Counted from the first letter of the stretch, positions 38,505 to 52,063 are shown. The stretch is 64,000 nucleotides of DNA from Octopus sinensis (GCF_006345805.1 NC_042998.1:176824001-176888000), one strand, 5' to 3'. The notes: generated by a model not told the origin, from the letters alone. Program-made: numbers and translations.

Positions 38505-39805
38505 ATTCCAACCCAAATAGATAAATTGATGGAGAAAGAAATGACAGAAAAATTTAAGGTAGAGTACTTGCGCAGACTGAGACTGATCTTTAAGTCGAAA
38601 TTAAATGGGCGGAATAAGATTGAAGTTATCAACGCCCGGGCGGTTTCACTCCTTAGATATGTAACAAAGGACAGAAAGACAAGAGCATGGACAGAAAGAC
38701 AAGGAGTTGGTAACTAGATAGGGGACACTTCACCCAAAAAGAAACACAGACAGACTGTATGTACCAAGAAAAAGAGCGAGGAGAGGACTGATTGGATGCG
38801 AACACAGCATTAGAGCAGAAGAAAACAACATAGCCTGGTATGTAGAAAAGGCCGCACAACAGCTATTATTAGAAGTAAGAAGGTCATGTTTGTGTAGGAT
38901 GAAAGATTGCAAAAATAAAGCACTGTACAAGCAATTGAAAACAAATGAAACTGAAAATAGGTGGGTAAAGTAAAGAATGCATTGTTAATTTCATAGAGAT
39001 GTTGAAGATAAGATAGACAGAGAAAAAAGATGGCTGTGGATGACTAAAATTGATTTAAAACCGGAAACAGAAGTTCTAATCTGTGCTACCCAAGAACAAG
39101 CACTAAGAACAAACTACATAAAATACAGAATAGACAACACATCAGAAAGTGATAAGTGCAGAATCTGTGGACAAAATGGTGAAACCGTATGGCATATTAC
39201 CAGCCAGTATATGCCACTAGCCCAGAAGGAGTATAAGAGACGCCACGACAATATAGCCAGGCTTTTCCATTGGACACTCTGCAACAAGTATGGACTTGAC
39301 AGAGCAAAAAATTGGTACGACCACAAACCCGAAAGGCATCGTCGAAAATAAAAATGCAAAGATCCTATGGAATTTTAAGATTCAGTGCGACCATGAGATA
39401 GAGAATAGGAAGCCAGACATAAGTCTTAATTGAGAAAGAAAACAAACTATGCTGGATCATAGATATAGCATGCCCATTTGACAACAATATATGCGATAAG
39501 GGAGAAAGAAAAGTCGAGATATGATAGGTTAGCTTCGGAAGTTAAGCAGTTGTGGTCAATGAAAAAGGTAGCAGTTGTACCAATAATTGTCGGAGCCCTG
39601 GGAACAGTGAGCAACAATCTCGAGAAATACGTGGAACAAATAGGGGCTACAATAAGGATGGAGCACTTCCAGAAAACAGCACTGCTTAAAACCGCTCGAA
39701 TACTCCGGAAGGTGCTCGAAAAATAAGAGATATTAACCTTAGTTCACTGGTGGTGAACAGCTGACACCGCAGTTCATCTCCAGCGTTAGAAGCTGTGCAA
39801 AGACA
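38505..39805 (+). mobile_element. 5'-truncated R4/Dong-type non-LTR retrotransposon with restriction-like endonuclease
   Basis: EYLRRLR..SKLNGRNK, EQALRTN, zinc-knuckle remnant CRICG..ETVWHI, RRHD, KPDI..IDIACPFD, VPIIVGALG, QKTALLKTARILRKVL. Frameshifted. Ends in (AAT)n. Confidence 0.88.
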
Positions 39806-39930
<125 letters not shown>

Positions 39931-40401
39931 AATATGTTTTCCACTATATTCACTTTCGATATTTTGCGTAATGATAAAAATGTTTGCAACCCATATTTTG
40001 ATGACGTAAAATACAAATACAATAACTGTTATAAAAGTTATGTAATTTCCTGTTTTGTCACGTGATCAAACATATTAACGTACATATGCACACATCAAAT
40101 ATAAACAAAAGCAGATACGCAGGCAACGCAAACACGCGCGCAAATAAATTTAACACACACACACGCACACAAATAAATGGAACCAAAGAACATGAATATA
40201 TAACGTTTTTTTTGTTTTAAATTTTTAACATGCACACGAACACACATTGCTGTCATGTTGAGTCTGTTGATGATCACCCGATCGATTATGATGTGATTCT
40301 GTTCGTGTCTAATTCTCTCACCTTAAGGAAATATTGAACTCCCTATTTCAAGATGCAATTTTTAATTTTTAATTAATTAATTAATTAATTAATTGTTGGG
40401 G

Positions 40402-40682
40402 CAGGCGTAGGAGTGACTGTGTGGTAAGTAGCTCCCATTTTTGTTCATCATTATCATCTTCATCTCATTAATGTTTTTGTCCAGCCCGCAGCAACTCCTC
40501 TATGTAACGCCTTTATGGCAAATTTATATGAAATAAAGTAGCTTGCTTACCAACCACATGGTTCCGGGTTCTGTCCCACTGTGTGGCACCTTGGGCAATT
40601 GTCTTCTACTATAGCCTCGGGCCGAGCAAAGCCTTATGAATGGATTTGGTAGACAGAAACTGAAAAAAGCCCGTCGTAATAT

Positions 40683-40719
<37 letters not shown>

Positions 40720-40744
40720 CCACACCACACATACATATATATAT

Positions 40745-40787
<43 letters not shown>

Positions 40788-41058
40788 ATATATATATATA
40801 TGTATGTATATGTATAATATTATATGTAGTATATGTGTGTATATGTTTGTGTGTCTGTGTTTGTCTCCCCAACATCGCTGACAACCGATGGTGGTGTGAT
40901 TACGTCCTCGTAACTTAGCGGTTCGGCAAAAAGAGACCGATTAGAATAAGTACTCGGCTTACAAAGAATAAGTCCTGGGGTCGATTTGCTCGACTAAAGG
41001 CGGTGCTCCAGCATGGCCGCAGTCAAATGACTGAAACAAGTAAAAGGGTAAAAGAGTA
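40402..41058 (+). mobile_element. SINE family A interrupted by a ~100-bp insert
   Basis: Head broken at ~40437 and resumes with agtagct at ~40536. Confidence 0.85.
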
Positions 41059-41203
41059 ATTTGTAATTGAATGAGTTGAGTATGGAAACAATTGTAGGTA
41101 ACATAATTTTGATAGTATGTTAATAACTTGAATTTTATCAGTTAAAACTCTTCATTTTCTTCTTATATATCTATATCTATCTATCTATCTATCTATCTTA
41201 TCT

Positions 41204-41282
<79 letters not shown>

Positions 41283-41574
41283 TTAATAAACTTGCAAATT
41301 ATGAGTGTGAGTGCGTTTGTGTGCGCGCGCGCTTATGTGTGTGTGTGTGTGTGTGTGTGTCTGTACACAGGAGGTGAATTGGTTGACTTGTTAGAGCGTT
41401 GGATAATATTCTCTTGCTATATTCGTTCCAGCTCTCTGCCCTCTATGTTCAAATACTTCCGAGGTCAACCTTGCTTGTCATTCTTTCTGGATTGAGAAAT
41501 GAAATTCTATTGTTTTATGGTCAGTTGTTGTTGCTGTGGTCAATTGTTGGTGCTGCTGTTGTTGTTTGTTGTTG

Positions 41575-41650
41575 CTCTTCTTCTTCTTCTTCTTTTCTTC
41601 TTCTTCTTCTTCTTCTTCTTCTTCTTCTTCTTCTTCTTCTTCTTCTTCTG
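41575..41650. repeat. (CTT)n microsatellite
   Basis: Seen directly in the sequence. Confidence 0.95.
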
Positions 41651-42568
41651 TATCTCTCCTTCACCCACCCTCTCTTTCCCCTCACCCTCTTTCTGTCCCT
41701 TTCTGCAAAACGTTGGCTTGGACGATTAATACTTCCGACCGAAGTGTTTATTGTACCCTTTCGAGGGGCAGTTCACATATTGTTCCTTACAACCACTCTC
41801 TCAGCTCTTACTTTAAGCTTCCACATAGCTTTTAATGTGACGGCAGCATTACTCCAAGTAACGGCCCTGACAGGCGGGCTAAACAAGGTGAGGAAAACGG
41901 ACGAGTATCGAACCTTCGGTGAATCAGGGATCTATCTATCTTATTATGTGAATTCAGATTCGGGCTGACTGAGCGGAAGAATTCAACTGTAGACTAAACG
42001 GTCAAAATGGCACTTTATGTGCAGCAGGACATAGACTACGCCTTGTTGATCCACCATGTCTGGCTTTATCTCTTTTCTCGACGTTTGTCCTGCCACTGTT
42101 TCAAGATGGGACCCAGGAAGAAAGTGAACTTCGACAGTATAAAGTGGTTCCTTACATTTTTTTAACCAAATACGTCACACAAGTTATCAATAATCCTCCA
42201 TCTCACCACTTAGGTAACGCTGTGTGGTAGTACACAACAGATACCTCCAAACTAAAGGTCTTGTAGCACTCACAGAACCCTGCACAATTGTGACAATGTA
42301 CCATCAATTGCGTAGTTTCAGCTGTACGGAAGATGTAATATGTGGACGAGAGCAGTTGACGTTCTATGGTTCTCCGTGTGCCTGCATCTTTTCTTGAAAT
42401 ACTGTATAGACAGTCATAGTTTTCAATGATTATTCATGGCCGAAACTTCTTGGAGCCACAGATAGCCACAAACAGCGACCTTTCACTGCAGCAGTTGGAG
42501 GTATCAAACATCCTGTTTATCTCAGTTTGATTAGATGGTTCCTCGTCGGATACCGGGCGAACAAAACA

Positions 42569-42612
<44 letters not shown>

Positions 42613-43324
42613 CACACCACACACACACACACACATACATATACACACACACTTTCAGTAACGAATAGGTTGTTGTCAGATCTGGGAAGAGAAATGGGCT
42701 TTACCGGGTTTTAAAATATGCCTAAGTAACGAATATATGTCCAGTAATGTCTTATGGCATCAGGGTCCAGTAGCTCAGGGTCCTCACGGTTGTAGATGCC
42801 CAGCTCTGATCTAGTATACTGTGGTTTATTGTTTTCAAAGAAATACTATAGGGCCCAAGACATTGATTTGTCCGTAGGCCTACAATATTGCTAAGACGGT
42901 CCTTCATAAATCCCGACGGCGCTCCTACGATTCCATCAGCAGTTGTGTGCGCTGTTTGAAAAGTACAGCAAAAATGTGTGTGTGTGTGTGTGTGTGTATG
43001 AGTGTGTGTGGAAAATATTTGTCCAAGATGCCGCATCTTGGGCAAATATTGTCGAGTATAGAGTAAAGAGTATAGGTAGATAGATATACATATATGCATA
43101 TGTGTACATATATGTATGTATATATTTATATTCACCAAGGAATAAAGTACGAAAGAACGTAAGAAAGGTGAAGGAAAAAATAGAGTAAGAAAGAATGGGA
43201 GTAATATATCCAGTAAGAAGGATAAGCAGTTGGAATAAAAACAAGATGGAAAGAAAGGAAGAATGAAAATAAGAAGGAAGGAGAAAAGACAGAGAGAGAA
43301 AGAGAGAGGAAGGAGAGAGAGAGA

Positions 43325-43359
<35 letters not shown>

Positions 43360-43930
43360 TAAGGGAGAGTGAGGGAAATTGAGAAAGAGAGGGAGGGAGA
43401 GAGAAAAAGAAACGACTGAAGAATGAAATTCAATGAGAGAGAAATAAAAAGAAAGAGAGAGAGAGAGGAAGAGGAGGAGAGGAGGAGGAGGAGGAGGGAA
43501 AGTTTTAAAAACAATTAAAAACCCCAAAGAATCAGAAAAATAAAGTGAGCAGATTTAGTCATACTAAACAAAAGCTTAAACATATTGTAATACTAAAATT
43601 ATCTCTAATACTACTCAGAGATTTTCGAATAACGCTGATCGCGTAACTGGTTCCTGATATCTAAAAATATGCTACTTTATAATAAAAAAAAAAAAAAAGA
43701 AAAAGAAAAAGTAAATATTGAGTCGGCGGCAGTCAATGAAAGATATAAGCATATAAAAAGAATTAAAAATAACTCTCTCTCTCTCTCTATCTTTCTGCCC
43801 CTCTTTCTTCCTTCCTTTCTTTCTTGCTCCGTCTCCCCTTTCCTCTCTCTCTCTCTCTCTCTCTGTATATATATATATACATATGTGTGTGTGAGTGAGT
43901 TTGTGCGTATGTAATAATATAATATAATAT

Positions 43931-43972
<42 letters not shown>

Positions 43973-44189
43973 TATAATAGGCTAAGCCTGGTATGGTAGA
44001 TAGATATACATATATGCATATGTGTACATATATGTATGTATTATTTATATTCACGTATAAATATATAATATATATATATATTATATATATATCACTGTGA
44101 CCGACCAGGCTATCATATGTTGCTACACATCGCTGGTCACAATGCGCTCGCATTCTTTTAGCCTTCAAATAACGCCACCCCGCTGGCAA

Positions 44190-44229
<40 letters not shown>

Positions 44230-44538
44230 GTGAATATAAATATATACATACATATATGTACACATATGCATATATGCATATCTATTTATCTATACAAACA
44301 CATACACATGCAGACACATACACACACCTATATGCACACACAGGCATATATATATGCTATACACGTGTGCATATATGAACATATGCATAAACATATCCAT
44401 ATCTATATACCTTCAAACATACACAGTTATAAATTGGTGTCACCTAGAATAGTCAAGTGGGTCAAAAACATGGAGTATTTTCTTTCCATTAGATAATACT
44501 TCCCTTAGATAATATTTCGGACATTCGATTAATAGATA

Positions 44539-44638
44539 NNNNNNNNNNNNNNNNNNNNNNNNNNNNNNNNNNNNNNNNNNNNNNNNNNNNNNNNNNNNNN
44601 NNNNNNNNNNNNNNNNNNNNNNNNNNNNNNNNNNNNNN
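44539..44638. other. Assembly gap (100 N)
   Basis: Run of N. Confidence 1.
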
Positions 44639-44771
44639 GTAGTTTGCATATATATATATATATATATATGCAAACATACACATATGTAAAAATTTATTAT
44701 GTATATTATATATATATTATATATATATATTATATATATATATAAGATATATATATATATATATATATATA

Positions 44772-45225
44772 CGAAGTGGTATCAAAATGTTCCCGGACTA
44801 GTTATGGTTCATAAGGTCTCCTTCGAAATAGTCACCTTGCACAACAATACATCGGTCCTGGTGTTCCTGCCACTTTTGGAATCTTGTTTTCCGCGAGTCA
44901 AAGATCTTCTGCGATTCGTTCTGGATCTCCACAAGGGTGTTAAAACGACGACCTTTGAGCTGCATTTCCATCTTGGAGAAGAGATGGAAGTCTGTAGGTG
45001 CTAAAATCTGGCGAATAGGGCAGATTCAGAAGCTATACCATGTTTTTGGCGAGTAACGCACGAGGAGAACTCGGTGAAGAAACCAATTCTTCATACTCCG
45101 GTGCTTTCGCCGAATGACATCCCTCAAACACTTCAAGACGTCGCAAAATGTCGATTGACGGTCTGGCCATGGGTGGCGAATTATGGATGCACAATACCAC
45201 ATTTCTGGGGATGACCGCCGTGACA
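44772..45225 (-). pseudogene. Mariner transposase 3' fragment with one TIR
   Basis: Minus: LPYSPD(fs)LAPTDFHLFSKMEMQLKGRRF..FQKWQEHQDRCIVVQGDYFEGD. TIR-like TA|CGAAGTGGTATCAAAATGTTCCCGG. Confidence 0.85.
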
Positions 45226-45269
45226 GGTCTTGTGTTTGTCACTCCACCACCATCACCACCACCATCACC

Positions 45270-45475
45270 GCTTAACAACCGGTGCTGGTGTTTATGTACT
45301 CGTAACTTAGCGGCTGGGCAAAATGGAGAACGATAGGATAATACTAGGCTGAAAAAAATGGTCCTGGGGTCGATTTGTTCGACTAAAACCCTTCAAGGCG
45401 GTGTTCCAGCACGATCGCAGTCAAATGACTGAAACAAGTAAAAGAATACAGAACAAAAGAATAAAAAGAATAAAA

Positions 45476-45478
<3 letters not shown>
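45270..45478 (+). mobile_element. SINE family A, 3' half
   Basis: Tail region match. Confidence 0.75.
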
Positions 45479-45534
<56 letters not shown>

Positions 45535-45656
45535 CAAAATGGGACCAGAACGCAAAGCATCCAGAAGACGATATAAAAAAAACGGACGGGTCATTCGAAG
45601 CTTTAATCTTCAGTCAAGAACCGGATCATCCTCGCAATTTCGGTCGATAATCTTAT

Positions 45657-45660
<4 letters not shown>
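45535..45660 (-). mobile_element. Solo copy of the (TA)n-associated fragment amplified in the 50110-51650 array
   Basis: gaaattgcgaggatgatccggttcttgactgaagatta..ttcgaatgacccgtccg on the minus strand, in (TA)n. Confidence 0.7.
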
Positions 45661-45694
<34 letters not shown>

Positions 45695-47394
45695 TATATA
45701 TGTATGTATGTATGTATGTAGTAGTATGTATGCATGGTATGTATGTATGTATGTATGTATGTATGCATGTATGTATGTATGTATGTATGTATGTATGTAT
45801 GTATGTATGTATGTATGTATATATATATATATATATAAACAATGAACGCACATACACACACGTAGACAATTAGGAGGCAAGCCTTAACAAGGCTAATTAA
45901 AGTGAATGGGCATGATATGCATGTGAAGAAAAGTTCATTTTGTGTTACAAAGGGTAGCACAAAGCATGAGGCATTTTTGTTTTTTACAAAGCAATATTTC
46001 AAAAAAGAATATTTTAGCTAAGTGTACAGTCATAAATTGATTCAATGAAGTTACATCATCAGGATAAAATGTTCGAGTCAAAAAGATAGAATGAAACAAA
46101 ATGAAAACAAAACAGAAACCAGAAAAAAAAAAAAAAACTGGGAGCATTTCCCTGCTGCTGATTTCCTTTGTATCTACAGTCGTGGCGACGTGCCATGTCC
46201 TGTTTGCTTTCACCGTTGAATTCCTATCAAAATCGCGCCATACCATAATAAAAATATTGATTTCACAGATTGGCACAAGGCCATGAATTTATTGGGGAGT
46301 GGGGATGTAGGGGTAAAGTTTTGCCAATTTAATCGACTCAGTAGATGACTGCCACTATTTTATTGACTGTGGAAGGATAAAAGGCAAACAAAACTTTGAT
46401 TTCTTTTTACAAGCCTATTAGGCAATGTGGAGTAGTACTCATGACCTTTCAGGCACTCCCAAATTAGTGAGATTGATGCTGCCAACGCTCTTTCCCGAAC
46501 ATACGTTAGTAAATGTCAAAGTGAACAGGGGTCGGTGGGAAGAGGAATCTCCACCAAAGACGCCCAAGCGCTTGCTTGTAGTGTTAAGCAGAGCAGCGTG
46601 CTAGGCCTGAACACAAAACATAGAATGACGGAACTAAATGCTATTGCGTAAGTAGTCCGAGCATGTTTACACAGTGCCATCGTCTTCCAGCAAAGAATAT
46701 AATTTCTGCTGGAGGCATAAGGCCATAGACTTCGATAGTTGAGTGGTTCTTATATTGCTGCCTCTGGTGAATAAAAGACACCGTTTTGATCGAGGTGGGT
46801 GAGTTCCTTTTTTTCTTGTAAGCTGTATTCTTCATCTATACGGCTGTACAACCGCTGCGTCTGAACGATTCGGGAAACTTGGAGTTATGAGCTTTGGTTG
46901 CATGAGTAACGCGAATGGACTAGCTTAGGAAGATTGTTTTGGACAATTTCTTAGTTGTTTCTAAAAGGGTCAAGCGTGAAGTACATTTGCTATCAGAAAT
47001 AACCAGCAATAACCTGTGGATCACCGAACAGTTAGCTGGCTTCTAATGCCATACGATTCTGGGAGCAAGGATTTGTATGAAGTACGCGGTTGTTAAGTGG
47101 GTGGCTTTCATCTAACAGTTGTCGGACATTTCAGTAGACACAGACACGGTGATAGTTTGATAAAGGCAGAGTTTCAGGAATCTGTGTATAAGTCAAGTAT
47201 GAGTGGGTGATGCCATTAATTATTATAGAAAGTTTCAGACAGCAAAAGATGTGGCTTCTGCACCAGTTATATTCGTATTTTTTACTTGAGCCCTAGGAGT
47301 TACAAGGCTGGTGACCCGGTTTTCATAGTGTATAAGTGGCTGAGATCAGAACGTTTCCCCTCAAGGGGGACACCGATCTGTTGCACGGTTCGAA

Positions 47395-47590
47395 ACCAAC
47401 AATTTTGAGGCGAAGGGACAAGTAGATTACATCGACCCCACTACATGACGGGTAGTTATTTTATCGACACTGAAAGAATGAAAAGCAAAGTTGACCTCAG
47501 CAGGATTTCAATTCCATACGTAAAAATCCGGAAGAAATGCTACTAAGCATTTTGTCCGACGTGCTAACTATTCTACCTGCTGGCCGCCTT
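47395..47590 (-). mobile_element. SINE family B
   Basis: aaagcaaagttgacctc..tttgtccgacgtgctaac matches family B. Confidence 0.7.
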
Positions 47591-48075
47591 AGCATTAGCA
47601 TTGCAAGAGTACAAAAATTCGGAAGAGTTGCGAACGCTGAAATCACCGAAGATGATAGCTTTGGATAGATTTGATGTGAGATAAATATTCTTAGTACAGA
47701 ATAACAAATGGTTAAATAAATTATTGGTTGATGCAGGAGTTAGGGGAATGGTTGTTGCAGCAGATGAATTTGGAGGAGAGAGTTGAGACGGTTTTGAGTT
47801 AGAGTAACTGGAAGAGTTTGTTGCTGTATAAAGGTGAAAGAGGTGAGTCGGTGGAAAAGGATCAACATACGTGCAGACGCCACCTTTCAGAGCAAAGTTG
47901 GAATGTAGTGTGTAGCCCGGACAGCAGGGAGAGGTCATTGACAGTTTATTTTTAAAAAGTCATATATCGCTGAGATTAATTACTCGCTCGTGACTAGGAG
48001 AGGAACAAGATGTGTAGTTTGTAAGTTAGTTGAATTGTTGATACGTGGTTTAAGGGAAGACCGAGAACATGTATG
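47570..48075 (-). pseudogene. LINE apurinic-type endonuclease relic
   Basis: MNIHVLGL..HILFLS, KGGVCTYV and AIIFGDFSVR match APE motifs (NIRGL..ET, GGV..YV, I.GDFN.H). Confidence 0.65.
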
Positions 48076-48240
48076 TTCATATAAAGAGGTTGACTGCACT
48101 AAGAAAAACAACAAACAAAGCAGACGATTTTCTTCCAGCTAAGGCTAATTTCCTTTCGTTCTTCGACCAGCATAACGAAACTGTCCTTGATTTCACAGTC
48201 ACAGTACCTACCCCTATCAATATGATAACTTGCTTCGTTA

Positions 48241-48838
48241 TATATTTCTTTATTGCCCACAGGGGGCTAAACATAGAGGGGACAAACAAGGACATACAAA
48301 GGGATTAAGTCGATTACATCGACCCCAGTGCGAAACTGGTACTTTATTTATCGACCTCGAAAGGATGAAGGCAAAGTCGACCTCGGCGGAATTTGAACTC
48401 AGAACGTAGCGACAGACGAAATACCTATTTCTTTACTACCCACAAGGGGCTAAACACAGAGAGGACAAACAAGGACAGACAAAGGCATTAAGTCGATTAC
48501 ATAGACCCCAGTGCATAACTAGTCCTTAATTTATCGACCCCGAAAGGATGAAAGGCAAAGTCGACCTCGGCGGAATTTGAACTCAGAACGTAGCGACAGA
48601 CGAAATACCTATTTCTTTACTACCCACAAGGGGCTAAACACAGAGGGGACAAACAAGGACAGACAAAGGGATTAAGTCGATTACATCGACCCCAGTGCGA
48701 AACTGGTGCTTAATTTATCGACCCCGAAAGGATGAAAGGCAAAGTCGACCTCGGCGGAATTTGAACTCAGAACGTAACGGCAGACGAAATACGGTTACGC
48801 ATTTCGCCCGGCGCGCTAACGTGTCTGCCAGCTCGCCT
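48241..48838 (-). mobile_element. SINE family B head-to-tail trimer
   Basis: One full head (48838), then three ~185-bp bodies joined at aaagaaatag|gtatttcgtctg. Confidence 0.9.
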
Positions 48839-49037
48839 CCTCACCGGAAGATGTTATAATCATTCTTATAAGTATTAGAAGTGCAAGGGAAGTGAATTTG
48901 CATTTACGTTTTCAATTGTCATGAGCATACACTTTACTTTACAACCCTTCGACATTTCATTTAAATACAGCATTCAATTTTTAGTTCAATTATCCAATTT
49001 ATACGCGCAAGCATAGTTATCTGGTTATGAATCTCGC

Positions 49038-49969
49038 GGATCTTCGTGGTTTTCGTCACTGTTTACAATTTTGTTTCTGCTGTTTTCAAATTTGGCATAT
49101 GTATAACTAATTATGAAAATTAAATTAATTTTTCCTATAAATCCATAATTAAAAAGTTATTATCCTTTAAAATTTGCAAAGTCTGGGTATTTTCAGCCAA
49201 TCAGAAACGAGTATCTTAGACATCACCATGGCGGAGAAGTCTGTATCTATAGTAACCAAAGCAAAGAAGCACCAAGTGTTCCATAGCTGATTGCGAAGAA
49301 CTCTGTTTCCATAGTAACCAAAGATGCTGCGCATGCGCACAGGAGTTATAACCACCACTTGTTTTATAATTGTTTGTTTCCATAAAAGATGGGACTCACA
49401 CTCAACAAATTGAAAGTACCTGGGCATGGTTGACTCTTGTGAATTTATGTGGAGAAGGAGATACGAGAAAGATTATTTTATAAAATCCTAGAGTGTATTG
49501 CAAACTTTCGTTCTTGAATTTTTTAAACTAATAAATGTTTTCAGCAATGTTTTGACTGTTATTTCTAGCAACTCCTGTTGATTTGTTCATAGCTTTTGAA
49601 TATTTAATTTGTCTGCGAATGTTTTAATATTAACTCTGCTCGTGTATATTTTAATGTTTTGACTGTTATTTCTAGCAATTTCTATTCGTTTGCTTCTTCG
49701 TAGCTTTTAAATATATTTAATTTGCTAGTTTAATGTTTTGATACGCTAATGCTCCTCCCCCCACCTCCCAATGATGGACGAGGCAGCGAACGCGCTGTTT
49801 TCTGATTGGCTGAAAATTGTGAAAATTATCAAACTTTGAACACCTGTAAAATTTTTCTGGAATAAATCAATAACAAATTTGGACTCAGCGTCAAAAATTA
49901 CAGGTATATAATACGTTGAAAAATTTTTTTAAAGATAATTTTAAATAGTGACGAAAACCATAAAGATCC
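49038..49969 (+). mobile_element. Internally deleted Merlin (IS1595-like) DNA transposon
   Basis: 33-bp imperfect TIRs starting GGATCTT; 8-bp TSD aatctcgc/aagctcgc; residual peptides FVSIKDGTHTQQIESTW and CEFMWRRRYEKDYF (~49372-49470) match the Merlin HTQ.IES.W and EFMWRR motifs. Confidence 0.85.
49195..49340. promoter_or_regulatory. Promoter-like motif cluster: CCAAT, two RFX X-boxes, NRF1 palindrome
   Basis: CCAAT 49197-49201; GTATCTATAGTAAC 49243-49256; GTTTCCATAGTAAC 49305-49318; TGCGCATGCGCA 49328-49339. Motif matches only. Confidence 0.5.
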
Positions 49970-49974
49970 AAGCT

Positions 49975-50246
49975 CGCTTCACAACCATTTGGCTTCTGGT
50001 TCTGTCTCACTGTATGGCACTTCGGGCAAGTGTTTTCTATTATAGTCCCGGATCAACCAATGCCTTGTGAGTGGATTTGGTAGACGGGAGCTGTGCAGAT
50101 GCCCGTCGTATATATATATTAATCAGCTGGAATTGCGAGGATGATCCGGTTCTTGACTGAAGATTAGAGGCTTCGAATGACCCGTCCGTTCTTTTGTGTC
50201 GTCTATTTGAATGTTTTGCGTTCTTGCCCCATTTTGTATTTTTATA

Positions 50247-50279
<33 letters not shown>

Positions 50280-51263
50280 CAGGAGTGGCGCAGGAGGGCT
50301 GGGTGGTAAGTAGCTTGCTAACCAACCACGGTTCTGGGTTCAGTCCCACTGCGTGGCATCTTGGACAAGTGTCTTCTGCTATAGCCCCGGGCCGACCAAT
50401 GCCTTGTGAAGTGAATTTGGTAGACGGGAGCTGTGCAGATGCCCGTCGTATATATATATATTAATCAGCTGGAATTGCGAGGATGATGCCGGTTCTTGAC
50501 TGAAGATTAGAGGCTTCGAAGACCCGTCCGTTCTTTTGTGTCGTCTTTTGAATGTTTTGCGTTCTTGCCACCCATTTTGTATTTTTATATATTATATTTA
50601 TATATATATATAGATAGCAGGAGTGGCGCAGGAGTGGCTGTGTGGTAAGTAGCTTGCTAACCAACCAACATGGTTCTGGGTTCAGTCCCACTGCGTGGCA
50701 TTTCTGGGCAAGGTTCTTCTGCTATAGCCCCGGGCCGACCAATGCTTGTGAGTGGATTTGGTAGAAGGGAGCTGTGCAGATGCCGTCGTATATATATATT
50801 AATCAGCTGGAATTGCGAGGATGATCCGGTTCTTGACTGAAGATTAGAGGCCTCGAATTGACCCGTCCGTTTTTTTGTGTCGTCTATTTGAATGTTTTGC
50901 GTTCTTGTCCCATTTTGTATTTTTATATATATATTATATATATATATATATATACAGGAGTGGCGCAGGAGTGGCTGTGTGGTAAGTAGCTTGCTAACCA
51001 ACCAACATGGTTCCGGGTTCAGTCCCACTGCGTGGCATCTTGGGCAAGTGTCTTCTGCTATAGCCCCGGCCGACCAAAGCCTTGTGAGTGGATTTGGTAG
51101 ACGGGAGCTGTGCAGATCCCCGTCGTATATATATATTAATCAGCTGGAATTGCGAGGATGATCCGGTTCTTGACTGAAGATTAGAGGCCTCGAATGACCC
51201 GTCCGTTTTTTTGTGTCGTCTATTTGAATGTTTTGCGTTCTTGTCCCATTTTGTATTTTTATA

Positions 51264-51294
<31 letters not shown>

Positions 51295-51612
51295 CAGGAG
51301 TGGCGCAGGAGTGGCTGTGTGGTAAGTAGCTTGCTAACCAACCACATGGTTCTGGGTTCAGTCCCACTGCGTGGCATCTTGGGCAAGTGTCTTCTGCTAT
51401 AGCCCCGGGCCGACCAATGCCTTGTGAGTGGATTTGGTAGACGGGAGCTGTGCAGATGCCCGTCGTATATATATATTAATCAGCTGGAATTGCGAGGATG
51501 ATCCGGTTCTTGACTGAAGATTAGAGGCCTCGAATGACCCGTCCGTTTTTTTGTGTCGTCTATTTGAATGTTTTGCGTTCTTGTCCCATTTTGTATTTTT
51601 ATATATATATTT

Positions 51613-51644
<32 letters not shown>

Positions 51645-52031
51645 ATTACAGGAGTGCGCAGCGGAGTGGCTGTGTGGTAAGTAGCTTGCTAACCAACCAC
51701 ATGGTTCTGGGGTCAGTCCCACTGCGTGGCATCTTGGGCAGTGTCTTCTGCTATAGCCCCGGGCGACAATGCCTTGTGAGTGGATTTGGTAGACGGAAAC
51801 TGAAAGAAGCCTGTCGTATATATATGTATGATATATGTGTGTGTTGTGTTGTCTGTGTTTGTCCCCCTAGCATTGCTTGACAACCGATGCTGGTGTGTTT
51901 ACGTCCCCGTCACTTAGCGGTTCGGCAAAAGAGACCGATAGAATAAGTACTGGGGTCGATTTGCTCGACTAAAGGCGGTGCTCCAGCATGGCCGCAGTCA
52001 AATGACTGAAACAAGTAAAAAAGTAAAAGAG

Positions 52032-52032
<1 letters not shown>
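49975..52032 (+). repeat. Tandem array of ~340-bp units (PLE-like fragment + SINE-A head), 5 units, ending in a complete SINE-A
   Basis: Units start near 50110, 50450, 50790, 51125 and 51465; the last SINE (51648-52032) carries the tail. Confidence 0.9.

Positions 52033-52063
<31 letters not shown>

Noticed and set aside
42750-42960. Gypsy integrase relic (ADGIVG..MKDRL..VGLRT)
   Set aside because: Similarity is too weak by eye, and no LTR or other pol domains were found.
49389-49425. ARF/ARL-like N-terminus MGLTLNKLK downstream of the X-boxes (ciliary gene start)
   Set aside because: The overlapping frame encodes the Merlin motif GTHTQQIESTW, the segment lies between TIRs with a TSD, and no ARF exons follow.
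48241-51650. CRISPR-like arrays
   Set aside because: Units are 185-340 bp SINE-derived repeats without unique spacers; the context is eukaryotic and there are no cas genes.
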